A stretch of 62,862 bases of DNA, the filler included, from Octopus bimaculoides (Eukaryota), in assembly GCF_001194135.2 (NCBI RefSeq). It is 5 parts of 5 records of this genome, joined end to end, with 100 filler letters (N's around TTAATTAATTAA, not from the genome) between each part and the next. Parts side by side here need not be neighbours in the genome. Positions count along the whole stretch, not along the records: positions 1 to 11,981 come from NC_068984.1; 4 more parts are not named here. One strand, 5' to 3'. The notes below the pieces were generated by a model. That model saw only the letters and a list, made by a program, of their open reading frames with translations, searched no databases and was not told the DNA's origin. Shown piece by piece: positions 1 through 12,081 of this stretch (position 1 is the stretch's first letter; the number at the start of each line of letters is the position of its first letter). The translations under genes were made by a program, and so were the position numbers.

Positions 1-116
1 TTAATTTAATATATATATATAATCATTAATTTAATATATAAATTGCTTATTTCCATGCTGACTACCTCATAATAATCATTAACGTGATTTTTATCCTTAT
101 TTTATGAATATATATA

Positions 117-1382
117 TCAGGTTGAGTGAAAAGTAAGCAACGTTTTGAAACATGAAATTCATCACAATATATTTCAACAATGCGGAAATTTTATTCATCA
201 AAGTAAGTACCATTACTATCAAGACATTTTTGCCAACGAGTTACAAGTAACATAAAAATTTGGAGTTCTGGAGTTGGTGAACTCTTTGAATGCACTTTCA
301 GCATAGGTTTGATTTTTTAACTCCTTCCCACGCAGAAAACCTTCAAGCTGCTTGAAAAAGTGGTAGTCGGTAAGAGAAAGGTCTGGGAAATTAGTTGGGT
401 GAGGAAGAATTTCGTAGCCAAATTCTCTCAACTTCTGGAACGTCGTTAGTAAAACGTGTAGTCGAGCATTGTCATGAAGAATGATTTTTCCCTCTTCTGT
501 TGACCAGTCTGGGACGGAGGAGTAGCAGCTTTTCGTTCATTTTATGGCAATATGTTTCTACAGTAATGGTTTTCCGGGTTTTAAGAAGTTACAGTAGATG
601 AGTCCAGCAGTACACCACCGAACAGTCACCATAACGTTCTCTTTTGAAGAGCTCGGGTTTAGAGAAGGTTTTCGGCGCTTCATTTTGATCCAACCACTGT
701 GAAGAAGGTTTTTTTTTTTATTATTGTACAGAATCCACTTTTCATCGCAAGTTACAATACAGTCTAGAAATGGATCGGTCTGGTTAGAGAGAAGTAACGA
801 GTAAATTTCATATCTGCGCGTTTTCTGATTTTCATTCAAATCGTGTCGTACCCATTTGTCGAGGTTTTTTGATTTTCTGATCGCATGCAAATGGTTGCAG
901 TCAGTTTTCTGGCTAACTTGAAGTTCTTGAGTGGTTTTATGTGTATCTTTCTCAATGACATCTTTAACTTTAACTGACCATCATCGATGGCAGATGTGCA
1001 TCTACTACACTCATGATCTTCAAGGCTCAGGTTTCCACGACGGAATCGTTTAAACCATTTTCGAGCTGACCACTCACTGGTCATTTCCTCACCAAACGTT
1101 TCGTTGATATCGCGAGCAGTTTCAGTTGCTTTACATCCTTTATTTTTTTTTCAAGTTGAATAGCAAAATTACTCGAATATCGCGCTTTGACAGTTCCATT
1201 TCAGATGATTATAACAGCAGTGAAAAAAATATCAATGTTAATTTATTGATGCATTTGGGCAAGTTGATGCCTGTATTATCAGACAATTGCAAAAAAATGT
1301 TTAAAAAAAAATTCAAAACTCTGAAAAATCCGGTACAAATTCTTCATGGTTCAAAACGTTGCTTGCTTTTTACTCAACCTCA
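117..1382 (-). mobile_element. Full-length decayed mariner (Tc1/mariner) transposon
   Basis: About 40-bp TIRs (tcaggttgagtgaaaagtaagcaacgttttgaaacatgaa / ttcatggttcaaaacgttgcttgctttttactcaacctca), TA on both flanks, 1.27 kb. Frameshifted transposase pieces: WFKRFRRGNLSLED, WVRHDL...IVTCDEKWILYNN, ILPHPTNFPDLSLTDYHFF. Confidence 0.93.
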
Positions 1383-1384
1383 TA

Positions 1385-1465
<81 letters not shown>
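1383..1465. repeat. (TA)n microsatellite abutting the mariner TA target duplication
   Basis: Near-pure TA run directly after the right TIR. Confidence 0.95.
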
Positions 1466-1466
<1 letters not shown>

Positions 1467-1468
<2 letters not shown>

Positions 1469-1612
1469 CGACGGGCTTCTTTCAGTTTCTGTCTACCAAA
1501 TGCACTCACAAGACTGGTCGACCCGGTGCTATAATTGAAGACATTTCCCCAAGCAGTGGAATCGGGAACCATGCTGCTGGAAAGCAAACTTCTTACCACA
1601 CAGCTACGCCTG
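1467..1612 (-). mobile_element. tRNA-derived SINE family 1, 5' half
   Basis: Reverse complement of the head seen at 10741 (…aaatgcactcacaag…tttcagtttctgtctacc, gaagcccgtcg). Confidence 0.8.
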
Positions 1613-1704
1613 AACCTAGTCCGAAAAACTTTAGGTAACTCTAGTAATGTTAATTATTTGAAGTGTTAAATATTTCTACCAGTGTGTTCTCTCAACGTTA
1701 ACTG

Positions 1705-1965
1705 GCACAAACCTGTCTGTGTAGTTAAGAAGTACGCTTCACAACCATGTGGATATGGGTTCAGTCACAGATAGTAGCACACGGGCAAATGTTTACTTGT
1801 ATAGCTCCGAGGTCGACTAGTGCCTTATGAATTAATTTAGTTGACTGAAACTGTGCAAAAGCCCATCATATATAAGTGTAGTATTGAGAGTGTGTGGGAT
1901 TCTGTGTTTAGCTCTTACCGTTTGACAACCGATTTGCTCGCTGAAAGTAAAAGAATAAAAGAATT
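1705..1965 (+). mobile_element. Old, diverged SINE family 1 copy
   Basis: gtgtagttaagaag…gggttcagtc…gggcaaatg…actgaaactgtgcaaaagcccatc…ttgacaaccga…gtaaaagaataaaagaa matches the order of motifs in younger copies. Confidence 0.6.
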
Positions 1966-2056
1966 GTTTTAGTAAAAAATATATCTGTCAATATCATATA
2001 TTGATATTTACGTATCATACTTAATGTAGAAATACCATTAACAGACAAGTTACTGC

Positions 2057-2422
2057 GGTTTTCGTCCGAAAATAAAATCTCTTATGGATGTGCTGTGTTT
2101 AAAATATTAATTGAGTATGATGCAAAGATTGCTATTTTAATTTAATGCTTCTTCAATTAAGTATAGTGTTTTAATAATACGCATGGTAGTTATTCTGAAT
2201 ACTAATTAATATATTATTCACTGTTTTCTATACTGGAGGCAACAAATTTTGTTTAGGCATGTAACTGGTTGCGAGCCCACGTCACTGATAAGGGCCGTCA
2301 AGGCTGAAATGCATCTGACATTCTTGTTAGCCGCAGCCGAGAGAATTTTTCGTCTCCCATCGATATACATTGTGTTTTTAAACACAGCACATCCATAAAA
2401 GATTTTATTTCGGACAAAAGCC
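2057..2422. repeat. Unclassified element with about 48-bp inverted arms
   Basis: 2057-2104 (ggttttcgtccgaaaataaaatctcttatggatgtgctgtgtttaaaa) is the near-perfect reverse complement of 2376-2422. Confidence 0.75.
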
Positions 2423-2779
2423 TCAATAAATTGCATAATAACAGTGTATACACATTATGTATGATGTATAGATGGCTATTTTAATTTAATACTTCTTCAA
2501 TAGCAGCAGATTATAATATATAATATATGCATCTGAATATAATGTAGGAAATTATATTGAAGAGAGAAAATTATTGTTAAAATATACATATATCATATTC
2601 AGATACGTCCAATATAATATATTTATCTACACTATACTTATCTATTGCTATAATATGCAATCTATATGTATCTATTTACAAAATATATAAGTTTCTGGAT
2701 ATAATATATGTATCTTATACTTTCCTCTCCTGAATATGATTTATTACGGCAACTGGTTAGTTTTCTTCGAGATTTTCTT

Positions 2780-3380
2780 TTATTTTAATTTGTGAAAAAA
2801 GGCGTCGTTGAGTACAGATTTCCTTAAAGGAACAATCTTTACCTGGTTTGTTGCATTTTTAACATCCATAGCATGATGGATTTTGTTCAAAGAGCACCAG
2901 TTGTCCACTGATGTTTATATTTTTTGCTGATGCAAGGCGAAAAGTATCAACATGAACATATATATTCGCAATTCATCTTTCTGAAGAGAATGCTTAAGGT
3001 TTTTCACAAAAAAATTTCGCGTATCAAGTTACATGCAATTTGATATTTTTCCTTACATGTTTGGTGTAGTATCGCCTCATTATGTATATCTGTTTGCGTA
3101 GTATGGATCATAATGTCAACCATTCACCGAATTTCCGAAACAACTGTCAAGATTATTTACATCTTCTTTATATAATTTCTCATATACATGAATTTCTTAT
3201 AATTGTTTGTCCATCTTTTTTCTTTGTGCTTTATGCTTCTTTTGACCAATTCTTCTATTACTGGACTTTACAGGACTTTCTGTTACTGGATCTTAATAAG
3301 AAGCTGGAGTTTACGAATTTGGTCAGTCCGAGCACTTATTTGGTGTTTATCCTAAAATTGGACAAGCGTCTTCTCACCCA
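2780..3380 (-). pseudogene. Possible decayed LINE ORF1 (gag-like zinc knuckle)
   Basis: Minus-strand translation with stops gives …CYGC*KCNKPGKDC…, resembling a CCHC knuckle, downstream of Lys/Glu-rich pieces. Weak. Confidence 0.3.
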
Positions 3381-3488
3381 AAAATGAACACGCATGCGCG
3401 CACATATATGCAGATAGAAAGAAAGAAAAACAAATATAGATACACAGGTAATATACATATATACCTAAATGCATATATGATATACATT

Positions 3489-3600
<112 letters not shown>

Positions 3601-3611
3601 CATATATATAT

Positions 3612-3910
3612 CATGGACTCTCCCGTCGTTAGACGACATATGAGGCTTCGGCACTTTCTTGCCGAACAGCCACACAGATGATTTGTACATAGTGATCAAA
3701 TGTTTGTGTTCACATAAGCTTATTCCCTCCATCAAATTGACATTACCTGTACTGGTGCACCGTGTGCCACATGTCAGATGACGAAATGATCGCAGAGCAA
3801 CGTGAAATGAAGTACTTTGCTCAAGAACACAACACAACGGTCTGGGAATCTAAACCACGATCTTGCATTTGTGAGTGCAGCACCCTAACCACTAAGCTAT
3901 GTGCCTTCAC
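3612..3910 (-). mobile_element. tRNA-derived SINE family 2
   Basis: Minus strand begins gtgaaggcacatagcttagtggttagggtgctgcactcac…gatcgtggtttagattcc (A/B-box-like), followed by ttcttgagcaaagtacttcatttcacgttgctc. Confidence 0.7.
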
Positions 3911-3914
3911 AAAT

Positions 3915-3973
3915 ATATGTGTGTGTGTGTGTGTGTATTTTATATATATTATATATATTATATACGTGTGCGA

Positions 3974-4010
<37 letters not shown>

Positions 4011-4211
4011 CATACACACAAACATACATAAATGCACACACACACACAAACATACATACATACACGCAACGCATACATACATACATACATACATATACAC
4101 ATACATACATACATACATACACACAACACATACATACATACATACATACACACAACACATACATACATACATACATACACACATACACATACATACACAC
4201 ATACACACAAC

Positions 4212-4242
<31 letters not shown>

Positions 4243-4310
4243 GACATACATGCATACATACATACATACATACATACATACATACATACATACATACATA
4301 CATACATACA
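3915..4310. repeat. Compound (TG)/(TA)/(CATA)n microsatellite
   Basis: Direct inspection. Confidence 0.95.
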
Positions 4311-4829
4311 ATCAGCCACATCGCGGTTGCTATATCACCTGGTCCAAATCTGCTACAACTAGCCTGCTATCCTTCTCTGATTACGACCAGCGTCTACTAT
4401 TTCTGTTACCGACGCTAAATCATCGCGGCTTTCATAGCGAGAGCTTATTATCGTTCCGACTACCACCACATTTATTTATAGCATTGACAAACCAACAAAG
4501 AAACAAAAATTAATAATCCGAACATTTATTGCTAATATCCTCCTTTTTCGGTGTGTCTTTGTCTTGCCATTTGCGCGTATCAAAACCATTATAAATAATT
4601 GTTTTAAAAGTCGACGTATCAAAGCCATCATAAATATTATTTCTTTCGTTCCATCAATTGATAATTTAAACAGGTTGATTGGGTCAAAGGCGGAAAAAAA
4701 ATGTTGGGCTTTGAAACGGCTTAACCTCCTGATAAGTCTAAAAATATATTACAATAACAATAACGTGAGGAGAATGAAGCGTAACAAGTCAAGGTGGACA
4801 GGCTAACAGCTAATTGAAATAATTCTCTC

Positions 4830-4936
4830 TCACCACCTCTCTCTCTCTCCTCCTCCTCTCCTCTCTCCCTCTCTCTCCTCTCCTCATCTATCTCTCTCCA
4901 TTCGTCTTTCTCACTCTCTCCCTATGTGTATGTGTG

Positions 4937-4973
<37 letters not shown>

Positions 4974-5028
4974 CATACACATATATATATGTATATGGAT
5001 ATATGTATATATGTTTGTATATATATAA

Positions 5029-5065
<37 letters not shown>

Positions 5066-5210
5066 TGTGTGTGAGTGTGTGTGTATATACATACGTCTGT
5101 ATGTATATGTATAATTAGATGTGCGCGTGTGTGTGTGCGTATGTGTGTGTGTGTGCGTGTGTATGGGCGCGCGCGCGTGTGTGCGTGTGTGTTTGTGTAT
5201 ATGTATATAT
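4830..5210. repeat. Compound (CT)/(TA)/(TG) microsatellite
   Basis: Direct inspection. Confidence 0.9.
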
Positions 5211-5521
5211 GTGATCACTTTTCTCCCTCTCTCATATTTTTCTCTTTCACCTTTCACTTTACCTTTATGTACGGCCAGTCTTCAAACACCAATTTTTGTT
5301 GAATATCCTGTATACGGGGGTGGGATTTTTACACATTCCTGTTTGCTTTAGTGAATACTATTAATAAAAACTATATCCGTTGACCGTGAACCGCCATTTT
5401 GAAAGGTGAACAAAATAGAACAGTAAAATCTTTAATTGCCCTCTAGGCTGAAATACAATGTCGCATGATAATAATACACTAAAAAATATTTCACTACAAA
5501 CTGTGTGAATGTTTATGTGAC

Positions 5522-5571
<50 letters not shown>

Positions 5572-6534
5572 CGCGCGTTTACGACACACTGAAAACGAAA
5601 TAACTTAGCTCTCGATACATTTTAGTTCACGCAGTTCTTGTTTATTTCAGATTTTTTGAGAGCAGAACGCGCCCGCATCCTCAGATATTTGGAGTCGAAG
5701 TTGAAGAATTAAAAAGAAATTTTCAAAAGTCCTGTGTAAGAATATTTGAGCCTCTATTGGTTAGTCTAGGTCTTTGCAGCAATTCATTTCAATGTATGCT
5801 CCCCATGTTAGAGCAGATAGTATATTGGTGTCACGCATTTGGCAATATGTAGAAGTTGACAGTTCAGACATGATTGCTACCTTGTAGCGAGATCCCTAAT
5901 CCCAGCTAGGACTGCATGAAATGTCTTTATTGTCCCAAACTAGCGGTAAAAAGGTCCAGCAATCAAATACGAAAAATCTGAAATAAAAGGGACAAAACTT
6001 GAATACAGTCCTGTATATAATGAAACATACACACGCATACATACATGCACATATAAGTATGATGTATACATGGCTATTTTAATTTAATACTTCTTCAATA
6101 GCAGCAGATTATAATATATAATATATGCATCTGAATATGTGTGTGTGTCTGTGTCTATGTATGTATGTATGTATGTATGTATGTATGTATGTATGTATTT
6201 CTATAATCGGTCAGTTATCCATAAGTCTAGAAAAAGGAACATCTTAAAAAATTTTTTGAGCAGAAATATTTTACGTAGTCGTTGGTTATGGCCAGTCATC
6301 AGACTTGTTGGAGATATGAAACTGAGGGTAAATTTTCTCTCGGCCGTAACCAACGACCACATAAATATTTATAGTATGGGTTCTAGTGGGTAGATAATCG
6401 ATATAAATAAATATCCGTAAATATTGCGCAATTTTTCATATGAAACCATTTAATTGCAATAACGTTACTAACGGAAGGACATCGAAACAATTGTAACTAA
6501 TGTGCTAAATTCATTCTCCGTTTTTTTAATTGGA

Positions 6535-6685
6535 ATATACATACATACATACATACATACATACATACATACATACATGCATACATACATACATACGTAA
6601 GTAGGTGGGGCATGAGTTTGGATGGATGGATGGATGGACAGGTAGATTGATAGATAGATGCATACATACACAGACAGACAGACAG

Positions 6686-6777
<92 letters not shown>

Positions 6778-6960
6778 ATATGCATACACATGTATTAGCT
6801 TTATATGTGTTCGTACGTGTATATACATATATATATATGTATGTATTTGCTTTATACATGTTTGTGCACGAGTATGTGCGAATATGTATGTGTATGCATA
6901 TGTGTATGTGCACGTGCGTGGGAGCATGTATATGTTTGTGCGTGCATGTATGTATGTCTT
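6535..6960. repeat. Compound (CATA)/(GACA)/(GATA)/(TG) microsatellite
   Basis: Direct inspection. Confidence 0.9.
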
Positions 6961-7187
6961 TTTATTTGTAGCTGTCGTTATGAACAGATGCTGTTGTAAT
7001 CATTGAAAATCTGTGTGCAAATACCATTATAGAGTTTATACAATAATTAATTTCATAAAACTGGCTCTTACAAAATAACCATCTGGTTCGCTGAAGGCTC
7101 TTGAGAGAAAAAAATATAATGAGATGATTAACGAAATGTGAATGATGGGAAAATTAAGATAATAGAAACAATGACTAAGCAAAATCA

Positions 7188-7230
<43 letters not shown>

Positions 7231-8352
7231 CATACACATGTATGTATTATGTATGTACGCATGTATGTATGTATGTATGTATGTATGTATGTATACGTTG
7301 AATTGTGCCGAACGAATAACAGGGATGCACTCAATACATGTTTCAATAATATGTGTTTGTATATGTATATATATGCTTTTATGTTTGTATATGTATATAT
7401 ATTTGCGTTTATGCTTGCATGCACGTATGAGTGCTTATATATTAAAGAATCCAGGTGAATGCTTTATAAGCACTCTGTAGATATCAAATCGAGCTAACTC
7501 AATTGTCCAGTGAATCTCGCAGTAATCCATATATGTTGTAAATTCACCAGTCCAATTTGTAAATCCGAAGTTCAAACATTGAATGTATTCAGTTTAAATT
7601 CAGTGTATAGTCGCAGAGAATAATAGAAAAAAAACACAAAAGAATTGAGATTTATTCATGCTTTATCAGTTACGTACGTTTCAAATAAAATAGCACATAC
7701 CAAAATGCTGTAATGCAACGTTTGTATACATTCAGTCGATTCTATATTTGAGGTATTAAATACTACAGAGAAGTCAATACCATTGTTATCAAACAATACT
7801 ATTGTTATCAAAGGTTTATCACCACTGCTTATATTGTTGACCATTTTTTAGGGGATAAGTAGTAGATTTGAGTCAACGTGTCCCCTTATTTATACTTGAC
7901 CGCTTTATCGATCTAAGGAGTAGGGAGTATTTGATCTTTAATGTTTAATTTTTCATTATTTTCTAAATTTATAATATAGTTTATACTTCTTCTTAAGACT
8001 AGCTTACTCATGATATACTTGAGAATCTAATTAAATGACAAGTATCAATCAATGTAAGTAACCTCTGATTTAATTTAGTCTTTTATTTAGCATTATAACT
8101 TATCTTTAAAATTACTTTATTTGATGTATCTTATATAAGTCTTATATAAGTCTGAATACTATATATTACGTAAAAATATATAGTATTCTCAAATGAAACG
8201 GAATAATCCTCCTTATGACTATTTTAATATTGTTCTTTTAGAATTCTCATTAATCAAGCTTGTCTTACTCTATTCTTTAAACTGAGCATCAAATCAGAGT
8301 GTACGTCCTTTTAACTTGTTTTTGATTTTACTTTTGATTTGCTTATACATAC

Positions 8353-8399
<47 letters not shown>

Positions 8400-8400
<1 letters not shown>

Positions 8401-8592
8401 TTTTTGTATTTGGTTTGCAAGATTCTTTATGTGAATTCGTGTGTTGAAGCATATTTTATTGTGCCTGGAGAATCATTCTCTTTTAGTGCCTTATTATTTA
8501 ACACACTCTCCGATTCGATTTCCACTCATTTATTTATTTCTTTTATAAAATTTTCGTTGCGTCTTGCAACCTCTTCAATAGTCGTTGACTAT
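8400..8592 (-). repeat. Unclassified interspersed repeat (other copies at 10651-10720 and 21250-21360, + strand)
   Basis: Shared gagtgtgttaa(a/g)ta(a/t)taaggca…ctc(t/c)cc…(g/a)cacaa motif in three places. Confidence 0.7.
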
Positions 8593-8649
8593 TGGCCTTG
8601 TACCTAGAGTAGAAGAGAATATTACATAAGCATTTTATAATCTTAATCT

Positions 8650-10614
8650 TTACTAATGTGAAAGGTGGGCCTGCTTCTCCTTCGTCAGTTTATCCAGTCG
8701 TGATTCAATTGAGGACAGTGCCACACGCAATGGAGAATGAATATCCATATATTTCTGTACTTTGTATTGATGAAACTCATGGTTGAGAAGCTAGTCACGC
8801 AGAGGTATGTTGAAGGAAATAGGAGAACAATTTCACTAAGCTCAGGATATTCTGCTTTCACTTTAATCTAAAAGGAACCAAGTGATATTGTAGTTTCGAA
8901 ACTCCTCTTCAATCCTTCGTCACCAGCCAGCTCCAACAATTTATCCTCCATAATGACACTAAAGTCGTCTTGCAGTGGAATAAATGGATTTCGGATCCAT
9001 CCATTCCCTCTCCGTGGATCTTCTTCTGCTGGAAAGTAAATCTGAAACCGGTCGGCCAGATTCATCAAGTGTTCTCTGATGACATTTCGTAGAGATGTAA
9101 TATTAAGGTCTTCGCCTGCTTCAGCGGTGATTGTCGCTAATTGATGAAACATGTCATAACAATCTCTTGACACTCGACTCGTCCATGCTTCTGGCTTTCG
9201 TTTCTGTCGTCGATCTTGTCTGCCATTGTAAAACACGAAGCCACCGTTGCCAGCACGTGGTGTTGAGATCATTACAGATAGCAAAGATATTAGCCAAATA
9301 AGCCAGTTTGGTTAACTAATCCACATCTCCGAACAATTGTGACCAATTTGGATTTTTGTCCTGAAGAAACTCGGCAAGCTCGTTTTGTAGCTCAAACATT
9401 CTTGACAGGAATTTCCCCATCGATAACCAACGTTCATTGGCATGCAATAAGAACTGTTTATGATTAGTTCCCATATTATCACATAATGCAGTGAATAGTC
9501 TCGAATTTAAAGCATTCGTCTTCACATGGTTCACAATTTTTACTACCTCGCTGAGCACACTACTTAGTTCTGTTGACATTTTTTTTTTTTTGCAAGACTT
9601 TCTCGGTGAAGGGAGCAGTGCGTCGACTTGCATTCTGGGACAAGCGTCTTAATCTGGGTAACCACTCTTGAATGCCGTCCTGTCATTACGGCAGCGCCAT
9701 TAGAACATACGCCTACACAAAACTTGAAATCCATCCCACATTTGTTAACGATGTAGTCGCTCACAGTCTTGAACACTTCAGAACTACTCGTTTGTGTTGG
9801 TAGTGAGGCAGAGAAAACAAAAATTATTCCTTCAAATCACCTTCATTTTTCAAAGCGCACATACACCATCAGAACTGCCTGGTTAGCAAAGTCTGTGCAT
9901 TCATCAAGCTGCAAAGAAAAGTACTTTATATAATATAATCTGTCCTATGAGCTGATCTTCCATATCGTGAGCCAGATCGTGAATTCGTCGAGCTATAGTG
10001 TCATTTGAAAGTGGCACCTGAGCCACTTTCTTTGCCGCAGGCTCGCCTATCACTAGCGTCTCACCGATTATGTATGGCCTTTTAGCTTTAGCAATTCGAA
10101 GTGCTATTTTATAAGAAGCCCACAAAGCATGAGTATTTATGTGTAACACTTCAAAGATCTGTTTCTGACGTTTGATGCTCTCTGTTCAACTTCTTGATGG
10201 TAACTTCGGGTGACCAGCCTATTCACAAGGTTACCAGATATCGCCACTCACCAGAGCGCCACTACCTCAATTCATTCTCTTTTGATATTTCTACATCGCT
10301 AGAAACAACTTCCTTCAACAAGCGCAAACACTGATATAATCTTAATACTACACCAGTAAGCTATGGTAAATAGAAAATATATTGTCATATCAAAAATATA
10401 TTAAGTTTACTTACACAATCCCTACCACAGTCAGTCAGTACCACGCGCCCCCGGCCAGCTGATAATTTGTTTACGGCAGTGTATAAGGCGAAATTACTGA
10501 AATTATACTGTTGTTTTATGGGGTTTTTTTCTTTTCTGGAAACTCGCCGAGTACCGGTAGCTGATGGCTCGCGGACCGGCACCGGTCCGTAGACCGCCAC
10601 ATTGAGTAGTGCTG
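8650..10614 (-). mobile_element. Decayed hAT transposon, Buster/Charlie (ZBED5/SCAND3-like) transposase
   Basis: KIALRIAKAKRPYIIGETL…VPLSNDTIARRI, VGVCSNGAAVMTGRHSRVV…THCSLHRESLA, EVVKIVNHVKTNALNSRLF…LLHANERWLSMGK, C-terminal FPSTYLC. 5' terminus cagcactactcaatgtggcggtc…ggaccggtgccggtccgcg at 10614; 3' TIR not found. Confidence 0.92.
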
Positions 10615-10740
10615 GTGTAGATAACATCAATACCATTAATTACTGTAGGTGTCAACGACTATCGAACCGGTGAGTGTGTTAAGTAATAAGGCACTAAAAG
10701 AGAATGACTCTCCCCAGACACAATAATATATATATATATA

Positions 10741-11080
10741 AGGAGTGGCTGTGTGGTAAATACCTTGCTTACCAACCACATGGTTCCGGGTTCAGTCCCA
10801 CTGCGTGGCACCTTGGGAAAGTGCCTTCTACTATAGCCTCGGGCTGACCAAAGCCTTGTGAGTGGATTTGGTCGACGGAAACTGAAAGAAGCCCGTCGTG
10901 TGTGTGTGTGTGTGTGTCTGTGTATGTGCGTGTGCGTGTGTGTGAGTGTGTCCCTCCATCATTGCTTGACAACCAATGTTGGTGTATTTACGTCCCCGTA
11001 ACTTAGCGGTTCGGCAAAAGTGACCGATAGAATAAGTACTAGGCTTACAAAGAATAAGTCCTGGGGCCGAGCTGTTCGAC
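10741..11080 (+). mobile_element. SINE family 1 with internal (TG)n core
   Basis: Head with A box tggctgtgtgg and B box ggttcagtccc, CORE-like ggcaccttggg(c/a)aagtg, then TG repeat, then 3' half catt/cgcttgacaacc…aagaataagtcctgggg. Confidence 0.88.
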
Positions 11081-11484
11081 ATGCACACACAGACACGCAC
11101 ACACAGACACACGAAAGACTGAATGAATTAGTGTACGTCAAGCTATAAGCAAATTATTTTTAATGCTTTGTTAATGTTTTTAAATTTTACACTCCTTTTA
11201 ACTATTTTTATTAAACAGCTAAAATTATGCATAGTTACTTTTTCCTGAAATGCTTATGTTTTGACTACTGAAAACAGTTTCTCATGATTTCATATAAGTG
11301 CATGTGTTTATGTTATTCTTCCTAGTTTAAATGTACAGCAGCTGTTGCTTCTACCTTGTGCTGTCTTATGTCAAACATTATATGACCAATATTTACCGTA
11401 GGTCATAACTGTCATATTTTATCGGTTGTTTGGGAAAAGAAACTTAAGCGGTTATGATTCATACTACTGTGATTCATGCTATTC

Positions 11485-11688
11485 GGCGGAGGTAACGAAT
11501 ACGCACACCACTCGTTTTCGGCGTAACCCTAATCCTAAACCTAAACTTAACCCTAAACTCTAACCTTAAACCCAACCCTAACCCTCAATCCTAACCCTAA
11601 CCCCTGACCCTAACCCTGAATCCTAACCCTAGCCCTAACCCTAGCCCTAACCTTGAACACCGGGGGTGCGTATTTTTTTACCTTCGCC
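11485..11688. mobile_element. MITE-like element with degenerate (CCCTAA)n interior
   Basis: 25-bp imperfect TIRs ggcggaggtaacgaatacgcacacc / ggtgcgtattttttta ccttcgcc enclose about 130 bp of telomere-type hexamers (11524-11653). Confidence 0.75.
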
Positions 11689-11795
11689 CATATTCCTTCA
11701 TACACCAAAAATGTTACCACAGCTTTATTTTTTTTTTTTTTTGACACATCCATCACCAGTGGCTTGTAACTTCAAATGGTGTAATTTCATCTGAA

Positions 11796-11942
11796 ATGAC
11801 AAGAAAAAGCCTCATGCTGGATGTAAAATTGCAAGTGTTTAAGAGATTCGAAGCTGGCGAAAGTCAGTCGAATATGAGTAAGACTTTGAACTTGAACACG
11901 TCAACGATTAGAACTATCGTGATGAAAATGCGGACGAAATAA
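11796..11942 (+). pseudogene. Tigger/pogo transposase N-terminal CENP-B-like HTH fragment
   Basis: MTRKSLMLDVKLQVFKRFEAGESQSNMSKTLNLNTSTIRTIV; cut by an assembly spacer. Confidence 0.75.
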
Positions 11943-11981
11943 AACTTTCAGCCAGGTGAGAAAGGTGACTTCATTTTATCA

Positions 11982-12081
11982 NNNNNNNNNNNNNNNNNNN
12001 NNNNNNNNNNNNNNNNNNNNNNNNNTTAATTAATTAANNNNNNNNNNNNNNNNNNNNNNNNNNNNNNNNNNNNNNNNNNNN
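11982..12081. other. Assembly linker 44N-TTAATTAATTAA-44N (also centred at 23165, 53383, 60484)
   Basis: The identical 12-mer sits inside N runs at four sites, with a fixed 100-bp length. Confidence 0.95.

Noticed and set aside
11524-11653. Chromosome end or telomere fusion
   Set aside because: Short, degenerate and enclosed by inverted repeats; better explained as mobile-element cargo.
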